Assembly: GCA_016211245.1 (NCBI GenBank)
Contig: JACQSQ010000055.1
Span: 1-49,106 of the forward strand
Direction of reading: 5' to 3'
DNA from: Candidatus Woesearchaeota archaeon
GTDB taxonomy: Archaea; Nanobdellota; Nanobdellia; Woesearchaeales; GW2011-AR4
Length of the DNA: 49,106 nucleotides
Shown: piece by piece, positions 24,591 to 31,700 of the stretch
Layout of the letters: the number at the start of each line of letters is the position of its first letter
Position numbering within the stretch: the stretch's first letter is position 1
Notes under the pieces: model-generated
The model's database searches: none
Seen by the model: the letters and a program-made list of their open reading frames with translations, nothing else
Told to the model about the DNA's origin: nothing
Made by a program: the position numbers and the translations under genes

Positions 24591-26627
24591 ATGATCAAGA
24601 AGACAATTACATTGGCATTTTTGCTTGTTTTCAGCATTTTGGCCAGTAGCTTTGCTTATGCAGGCCACTCAAGCCAGTTTGACATTTCTATAGACAGGGT
24701 TGTTGTAAATAATCAGGCAATCAGCCAGTCGAAAAACAACCTCTTGCCGGATGCAGACACCTTTATTTTCAAAGTGGACTTGACAGCTGTCAGGGATTTA
24801 GAGAAGGCTCATGTAGAAGTTTCTATGAGGGGAAGGCAAAGCAATGATGCGGTGGCGGATTCAACAGATGCCTTCAATATGCTTGAGAATCAAAGCGCAA
24901 GAATAAATCTTGCATTAAGCCTGAATGATGGACTAAAGAGGGAAAATAATTTTGAGCTTATAGTCAAAGTTACAGACTCAAGGGGAAGATCAGAGCAGAA
25001 ATCATATGGGATAAAAACAAAACAGACTACAAATGAGCGAGATTTGGACGTCTCAATCGACAGGGTAAAAGTCAATAATCAGGTTGTGACCCAGTCAAGA
25101 ACCAATTTTATAGAGGAAAAGGATGATTTTAATGTTGCTGTTGAATTGACAGCCCTTGAAAACGTTGAAAGAGCGCATGTGGAAGCCATATTAAAAGACA
25201 GGAACAGCGGAAGTGTTGTTGCTGACGCAACAGAGAATTTCAATTTGGCAGACAATTCAAACACGCAAAAACAGCTAAAACTAGTGTTGCTGGACAAGCT
25301 GAAGAAAAGCAGCAATTTCGAGCTTACAGTAAAAATAGTTGATGCGGAGGGAGATTCCTTAAGCCAGGCTTACGGCATTACAATGAAAAATGGAAAAGCC
25401 GATGCAAAGCAGCTTGACGTGTCCTTTGACAGGGTTGAAATCGAAGACAAGGTTGTGATTGAAAATCAGGAAAATTTTGTAGTTACAGGAGAAAGCACAA
25501 AACAGCTTGATGTCAGGGTTTCATTTACCTCTAATGAGAACATAGAGAATGCAAGGCTAGAAACCATATTGATGTTTGAAAATGGGAATGTTATAGCTGA
25601 CTCCAGCCAAGCCACATTTAACCTTACACAGGACCAAAAGGCAGTAAAGGATTTGGAATTGGAGTTGCCGGGAAAATTCAAGCAGGATAGATTCCAGCTT
25701 AAATTAAGGCTTGTAGATACAGACGGAAATTCAATCGAAAAATCGTATAATATGAAGATAGCCCAGCAAAAATTCCCTTTTGTAATAAGCACAATAACCT
25801 TAAATCCGGAAGACAAGGCACAGGCAGGTAAATCCTTGGGCATAAATCTTGTGTTTAAGAACAGCGGAGTGCTGCCTCTTGAAGGCATTTTTGCAAAAGC
25901 AAGTATAGAAGAGCTAGGCTTGTCATCCACAAAATACATCGATCCTTTGAAAAACAAGGGAAAAGAGCTGATTAGCGAAGAATTCATAATAAAGATTCCG
26001 GAAACAGCACAGACTGAAACATATACCCTGAAAGCAGAGATAGGCTCGCAGCTTGACAGCAAAAAGGAAACAAAAGAAATACAATTTGAAATAGCCGGCA
26101 AGACAGAATTTGTTTTTGAAGACATAAGCTTGACATCAATAAAAGTCCCTGTTATTAAGCAGGATGTAGCCAGTGATGGCAGAGAAGCTTTGTATAAAGT
26201 TGTAATAACCAATGAGGATACGAAGCCAAACAGCTATACAATCTCGCTTGATGGAAATGGATGGGCAGATTTGAGGCTAAAGGAGACAAGCGCTTTCGTG
26301 CTTAATGCCCACGAATCAAAAAGCATTAATGTGTATGCTTCAACAACCAAAGACTTAGCAAGCGAGCAAAGATTTTTTGTCGTAGTCAAAAGCAACGACA
26401 AGGTTCTGAGGGAAATAACCTTCAAGGCAAATGTTGTTTCTGCCAAGAGAGCCAATGCTTTTTACCAGCTTGACTTAAAGTCAATGATCCAGATATCTTT
26501 GATTTTGATGACGTTGGTCTTGGTTGCAATTGGGGTGTTTTACGGGCTTAAGAACGTGGCTAGAAAAGACAATGGTGAAGAAAGCGCGGCTGGCGAGGAG
26601 ATGCCCCAGAGCGAGCCTTATTATTAG
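24591..26627 (+). CDS. secreted, C-terminally membrane-anchored surface protein with three ~122-aa tandem repeats plus CARDB/NEW3-like beta domains
   Basis: 678 aa. Signal peptide 'LAFLLVFSILASSFAYA'. Repeats start '(F/L)D(I/V)S(I/F)DRV'. C-terminal TM 'ISLILMTLVLVAIGVFYGL' plus an acidic tail. Confidence 0.6.
   Translation: MIKKTITLAFLLVFSILASSFAYAGHSSQFDISIDRVVVNNQAISQSKNNLLPDADTFIFKVDLTAVRDLEKAHVEVSMRGRQSNDAVADSTDAFNMLENQSARINLALSLNDGLKRENNFELIVKVTDSRGRSEQKSYGIKTKQTTNERDLDVSIDRVKVNNQVVTQSRTNFIEEKDDFNVAVELTALENVERAHVEAILKDRNSGSVVADATENFNLADNSNTQKQLKLVLLDKLKKSSNFELTVKIVDAEGDSLSQAYGITMKNGKADAKQLDVSFDRVEIEDKVVIENQENFVVTGESTKQLDVRVSFTSNENIENARLETILMFENGNVIADSSQATFNLTQDQKAVKDLELELPGKFKQDRFQLKLRLVDTDGNSIEKSYNMKIAQQKFPFVISTITLNPEDKAQAGKSLGINLVFKNSGVLPLEGIFAKASIEELGLSSTKYIDPLKNKGKELISEEFIIKIPETAQTETYTLKAEIGSQLDSKKETKEIQFEIAGKTEFVFEDISLTSIKVPVIKQDVASDGREALYKVVITNEDTKPNSYTISLDGNGWADLRLKETSAFVLNAHESKSINVYASTTKDLASEQRFFVVVKSNDKVLREITFKANVVSAKRANAFYQLDLKSMIQISLILMTLVLVAIGVFYGLKNVARKDNGEESAAGEEMPQSEPYY
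24678..25772 (+). repeat. three tandem ~366-bp coding repeats (protein-level repeats)
   Basis: Units begin at 24678, 25044 and 25413. Shared motifs are 'DRV.VNNQ', 'ERAHVEA', 'NFEL.VK.VD..G.S...YG'. Confidence 0.8.
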
Positions 26628-26668
26628 GGATTTTATTTTAAAAATTTTATATTTTGAAATTCTTTAAC

Positions 26669-27409
26669 ATGGACGGAATGGCAGCTGAGTTGTGGCGTCG
26701 TACAGAACCAATGCTCCAGTCAGATTTCTTGATGAGACAGCACTTTCCCGAATGGCTAGGAGATGTTAGCGGAAAACACATTTTGGATGCATGTTGCGGT
26801 GAAGGATATGTCGCTAGAATGCTCGCTGCTAGAGGTGCAACAGTTAAAGCTTTTGACCACAATCCACGAATGATAGAATTAGCTCAATCCGTCACAGAGC
26901 CATCCGGCATAGAATATAAAGTTGCTAGCATGAAAGATTTTGATAAGATTTACCAGCATGAGGCATTTGATGTTGTAGTTTGGAGCGGAATGCCTCCATT
27001 TTTTGACGAAAAGGGACTTTACCGTTCTATTGAGCAGTTAGCCAATTTATTATCAGCAGATGGAAAATTATTGGTTACTAACCTGCACACAGACGCTTAT
27101 TTTAAGAGAGCAAAATCCAATTGGGTAATACTTACGAGCGAACTAGACTCAAAACTTGACACACAGCAAGGCTCTTTGGATTTTTATACACCAGACAAGA
27201 GATTAGCATTTTCTGGACCAACTTACTTTCACACTCCACTCCAAATAAAGAAAGCAATATCGGCTGCAAACTTAGAAATTAGAGAAGAGCATGCTCCACT
27301 AGCTTCACAAGAAGATATTAAACATTTTCCTCGTATGTGGGTTGATGAAGTAAGAATTCCATTTTATTATGCAGTTATAGGTGTAAAAAGTCAGAAGCAT
27401 GAAAATTAA
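26669..27409 (+). CDS. class I SAM-dependent methyltransferase
   Basis: Motif I 'ILDACCGEGYVARMLAARGATVKAFD'. Start moved to the ATG at 26669 (the ORF track starts at a TTG at 26654). Two 60-nt stretches I counted near its 5' end are 47-50% G+C, clearly above the surroundings. Confidence 0.7.
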   Translation: MDGMAAELWRRTEPMLQSDFLMRQHFPEWLGDVSGKHILDACCGEGYVARMLAARGATVKAFDHNPRMIELAQSVTEPSGIEYKVASMKDFDKIYQHEAFDVVVWSGMPPFFDEKGLYRSIEQLANLLSADGKLLVTNLHTDAYFKRAKSNWVILTSELDSKLDTQQGSLDFYTPDKRLAFSGPTYFHTPLQIKKAISAANLEIREEHAPLASQEDIKHFPRMWVDEVRIPFYYAVIGVKSQKHEN

Positions 27410-27436
27410 AATTAATTTTTGAATACAAAAAACAAT

Positions 27437-27450
27437 AACGTTTAAATAAC
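27437..27450 (+). promoter_or_regulatory. BRE/TATA-like box for the tRNA-like gene
   Basis: 'aacgtttaaataac'. The TATA core at 27441-27448 ends 27 nt before the first acceptor-stem base at 27475. Confidence 0.5.
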
Positions 27451-27474
27451 ACATAAATTTCTTCTATTCTGTAT

Positions 27475-27780
27475 GGGGACGTCGTATAAAGGAGCAATCC
27501 GTACAGTCTGGTTATTATCACCGGCTCCAGACGAATGCAATTTCAAAGTTGCTCGCGTTCAAATGGAGCGATGAGCCAGTGAAATGCGAGTGAGCTTGGG
27601 ACATAAGCGAGCGGGTGAATGAGAGAGTGAGAGATGAGCTCTCACAAGTCACACGAGCTTTCGCATGTCACACGAACTCGCTCACAAATTCACGACAATG
27701 AATTACTGAAGGTGATACCGGTGGATTTTAGTAAGAAATTACTAAGAGCCGAAATTAGGGTTCGAATCCCTACGTCCCCA
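27475..27780 (+). tRNA. tRNA-like gene interrupted by more than 200 nt of intervening sequence (isotype unresolved)
   Basis: Acceptor stem GGGGACG (27475-27481) pairs with CGTCCCC (27773-27779); discriminator A27780. Canonical T-arm TAGGG-TTCGAAT-CCCTA (27756-27772). D-arm candidate GTAT/GTAC (27484-27487/27501-27504). About 250 nt lie where about 23 are expected. No clean 7-nt anticodon loop found by eye. Confidence 0.6.
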
Positions 27781-27794
27781 TATCCTTAATTTCC

Positions 27795-27808
27795 AAAAAT
27801 TTTAAATA
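27795..27808 (+). promoter_or_regulatory. BRE/TATA-like box, leaderless-type spacing
   Basis: 'aaaaattttaaata' is centred about 26 nt upstream of the ATG at 27831. Confidence 0.4.
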
Positions 27809-27830
27809 CAACAATTTTTTCTTGTTTTTT

Positions 27831-28187
27831 ATGAATCTAAATAAAGTTAAAGAGTTTTTAAAGCCAACAATTTTGAAGATGGTGATATTTATCATAGCAA
27901 ATGCATTCATTTTTTATTTGTCAAAAGAAAGCGTGTGCGGAGTAATTTTTTACTTTCCCTTCTGCTATAATGCTTATGGCTTGCCGTTATCATATGCTAT
28001 AAGCGGAGATATAGAAACTGCTGCAGGCCATATAAAAACTTTGCCTTTGGGCAATTACTACAGCAAAGCTGGCAGCTTCTTGCTTAATCCATCAGCTTTT
28101 GTATTTGATATGCTATTTGCTTATCTCGCCGCTTGCCTGATAGCGATGCTGCTAAAGACGCTCAATTTCAAAGCGCTCAAAACTTAA
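27831..28187 (+). CDS. small integral membrane protein, unknown function
   Basis: About 118 aa from the ATG at 27831 (the ORF track begins at a TTG at 27822). Three hydrophobic segments. Confidence 0.5.
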   Translation: MNLNKVKEFLKPTILKMVIFIIANAFIFYLSKESVCGVIFYFPFCYNAYGLPLSYAISGDIETAAGHIKTLPLGNYYSKAGSFLLNPSAFVFDMLFAYLAACLIAMLLKTLNFKALKT

Positions 28188-28515
28188 TTTTGTCTCCTAT
28201 CTCTGTTTTTTTTGCAGCTCCTGCAGGCAGCTCTATTGCGTACATCGCCTTTTTCCTGGATTTATAGAATGTGAATGGCTTAAAATTCTCTTTTTTGTCA
28301 ACAACAATCTTATTTTTGTTCAGGAATACGACGTCAATAGGATAAAAAACAAAAAGCATGTGCAGCGCAATGATTTGTTCTTTATTGAATTTAAAAATCA
28401 ATGTGTTTTTTTGTTTTGCGGAAAACATCAATCCAATAAATTTTGACAAGGCATCATGGCAGATTTTAGCATCATTGCTCATTGCTATTTTTTTTGTCAA
28501 ATTTCTTATCAGCAT
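28177..28515 (-). CDS. DUF192-like protein
   Basis: 112 aa. 'PIDVVFLNKNKIVVD' and 'YAIELPAGAA' resemble the DUF192 (COG1430) pattern. Confidence 0.5.
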   Translation of the reverse strand: MLIRNLTKKIAMSNDAKICHDALSKFIGLMFSAKQKNTLIFKFNKEQIIALHMLFVFYPIDVVFLNKNKIVVDKKENFKPFTFYKSRKKAMYAIELPAGAAKKTEIGDKIKF

Positions 28516-28605
28516 TTTTGTTTGTTACCTTTGTTGGACAACAAAAGTTTATATATTCTTTTGATTTTTTGATTAAAACTGGGGTAGGTTGTTAAATTTA
28601 AAATC

Positions 28606-28649
28606 AAAAGGTTTAAATATATGTTTAAAAATCACAAAGTTTAAATATT
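28606..28649 (+). promoter_or_regulatory. three tandem BRE/TATA-like boxes upstream of the giant surface-protein gene
   Basis: 'aaaaggtttaaatat', 'atgtttaaaaat' and 'caaagtttaaatatt' follow one another. An SD-like 'tgaggat' lies 7 nt before the ATG at 28703. Confidence 0.45.
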
Positions 28650-28702
28650 ATTGTTGAAATTCAATATAATTCAATATTATCCATGCTGTTTGAGGATTAA
28701 TA

Positions 28703-31700
28703 ATGCAAAAAGAGGTAAAACATAGGTTATTTAATTCTCGGGATGCTAAGGTAAATTTAGTTATGCTAGTTGGTATAATTGCGATATTTATATTAATTTT
28801 CTTGTCGTTTGAAGTGCCGGTGGCAAACGCAATCTTTAACGTAACTCTAATTTCTCCAACTGATAAGGCAATTAATAGTTCAAGGACAATTAATTTTACT
28901 TTTAATGTTGTATTGGGCGGGACAGACGCAAGCCCTGATGATTTAGCAAATTGCAGCGTCTATACTAATATCACAGGAACATGGGCTAAAACTTTTACTA
29001 ATTCTTCCGGAGCTAATGGAGGAGTATCTTCCAATTTAACAAATTCAACAAGCGTGGTGAGCTGGATGAATTTTACTTTTAGCCGGGATGGATTATTCAA
29101 TTGGTCTGTGGAGTGCGAAAACGCTACTTTAGGGGCGGCAGGAATAGGCTATAACTTCTCACTCAATAGAAGCTTGTTAATTGATACTACAGTGCCAAGA
29201 GTGACTGGGCTTGTGCCAAACGCCTCATTCGCACAAATGTCAGACGCAGCAAACAGGCAATACCTTATAGGAAACTTTACAGGGTGGCCTATTCAGTTCT
29301 CAGTCAATGTTTCCGAAAACAATACATATAACGTATGGTATATCCTAAATTCCTCTATTTCAGCAGGAGTTAATGATGATTTGGAAAATACTACAAAGGG
29401 CGGCAGCATACCTACTGGAAATATAACTATGAATTTGCAGTCCCAAGGCAATGATTACAAAGTTTATGCAGCTAATGTCTCGCTGAACTTCTCAAGCCGA
29501 TGGAGAAATCCTGGGCCACATAGTGTCGTATTCTGCGCAAATGACACAGCAGGAAACAAAAAATGCTCTGGCTCCTATGACTTTGTAATTATGGGCCTTA
29601 ATGTAACAGACCTTATAAACTACATGAGGACCGTAACTTTTAATGATACAGCTAGCGTGAACATAACCTTCGGCAATGGAACAGTGCTTTCAGGAGGGGA
29701 TACTCCGGATGTTTATGATTCAGGAAATGCGTCTATAGAGAGCTTCATCAATCCTTTGGCCAAAAATTATACTTTCATTTTCAATTTCTCCGCATTTGGA
29801 AGAGTGAGCAGAGTGCATATTATTGGGCTTACAGTTGATGAAAAGCAATTGGGAAATGCAAGCAATACTAATATATCATCAGCCACATCATTGGAAGTGC
29901 TGCAAGCTATGGGAACTAGCTTTAATACCACAATGGCTGGAGCTGATTTCAGGAGATTCATTCCAGACTTTATAAGGTACAGATTTGGCATTATAGAAAT
30001 AAGAGGAACGGGCTATTCAAAGAGATTATACTGTTCAGGCGCTACTGTTTCAAGCCCTAATTGCTCATTAATCAGGCAATGTAATGCCTCTGTGTGGAGT
30101 GTATATAATAGCAGTGCCGAGATTGAAACTATTAACAGCGGAATTGACCCAGGCGACCCAGGCGCATGCTTCCTTGAAAGCGGAACATTGAATGGCGAAG
30201 CACTTAAATCAGGAAGCACATATGTACTTGTCAAGCATTTCTCAAATGGAGCTCTTGGAAATGAGACAATTGGACCTACATTCAATACCACCGTGCCAAC
30301 AAATGCTTCGGTAGTGAGCTTTAATACTTCATCAGTAGCAGCCAGGATGATAAACTTCTCTGTTTATGATACAGGCGGCATGGGAATCAATTTAACAAAA
30401 AACTATACAATCAATCTTACTATATATTTGGGAAGCACAAACATAAGGAACTTTACATATCTAAACCATAGCTCAACTAACTTGACATGCTACACCCTTG
30501 ATACAACAAGCCCCGGAAATACAACAGAGGTTTATTGCAATGCAACCTTTAACTTCAACAGCAACGGCACTTACATGTTTAATATGTCGGCTGTGGATGC
30601 AAGCAATAATGCTAATTTTAATATAAGTGGTAGGACACTTACAGTCGACCAGATACCGCCATTAGTTACTAACTTTACTGTTACAAATGGCAGCGACCTT
30701 AACATGTTGACTACTGATGCTATGACTTTTGGAAACATATCAATAGGAAGCACTAACCCGCTAAACACACCAGTAACTGGCACCGGCACTTGGGCGCAAG
30801 GAAGGCAAATGAGATTCTTTGCAAATGTGAGTGATAATTTAACTCAGCCATTGGATGTTGACTTGCAGTTATTCAACGAAAGCAGCGGAAGCTGGCAAAC
30901 GATAAATACTACAACTCATAATAATGTGACTGGAGCAAGAAACAATATGTCTGGAACTGGAACAAACTCAAACTGGACTATAAACTTAACTTATACTCCG
31001 TATATAGGCAGAGGCGTATTTGAGGGGCATAATGTAACTTTCAGGGTTTTGGTCAATGACACATTAGGAAACAGAAATACAAATGGCTCTGATGGAAGGG
31101 GCGTTGTAATGAACATTACTGTGCAGATTAACGACACGGTAAAGCCAACTTTACAGGTTACAATAGGGAACTCTACAAATTTGAATTATTCAAATTCAAC
31201 AAGCGCAACGCCAATGATAGTTTGGAATATCTCAGAAAGCAATGATATTAGATATATCGCAGTTCAGGTTGATAGCGAGACTAGCTCTTCATGTAATCTA
31301 TACACTAACTTTACAACCATATCTGATACACGCGCTAGGAGAAATGGCACGCTTACTGTAAAAGGCAAGGAAGACGATGCCAGCTGCACAGGACTCGCAA
31401 ATGGCACACATACTGTCAGATTAACATCAGAAGACGTTTGGGGCAATTCTGAATTATATATACATTCATTCCAATTGCAAAGCGGCAGGCCTGGACTAGT
31501 ATTTAACAATATTACAACCAGGGCATCAGGCGCAGGCGTTACTTCAAACAAGGCAATTGTAAATAATACAAATATAACCTCAAGCTTTGGGCTTGGATTC
31601 TATGGATTGGGAGGCTCAGTAAATATTCACAATTTAACTTATGTTTCAAGCTGTAATTCCTCTTCAACTGTTGTTTTCAACAATGGTACGGTAGTATATC

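Noticed and set aside
25466-26212. A 248-aa minus-strand ORF, with similar antisense ORFs at 24890-25315 and 26234-26455, inside the 678-aa surface-protein gene.
   Set aside because: These are mirror-frame ORFs within a much longer, motif-bearing plus-strand gene. Their composition (S/F/L/C-rich) is what the complement of a K/E/D-rich gene produces, and they have no independent promoter or SD.
27475-27780. Possibility that the tRNA-like gene is a selenocysteine tRNA. The prompts were a long D-helix with a tetraloop, a possible 8-9-bp acceptor, and TCA triplets at 27543-27545 and 27559-27561.
   Set aside because: Neither TCA sits in a 7-nt loop closed by a stable stem. The discriminator is A rather than G. 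The acceptor plus T-stem count fits 7/5 as well as 8/4. No Sec machinery or SECIS-like context is visible in the window.
26640-27830. The methyltransferase/tRNA region considered as an integrated mobile element.
   Set aside because: No integrase, transposase or direct repeat of the tRNA 3' end was found in the window. Only the compositional anomaly remains, and it is reported as a low-interest finding.
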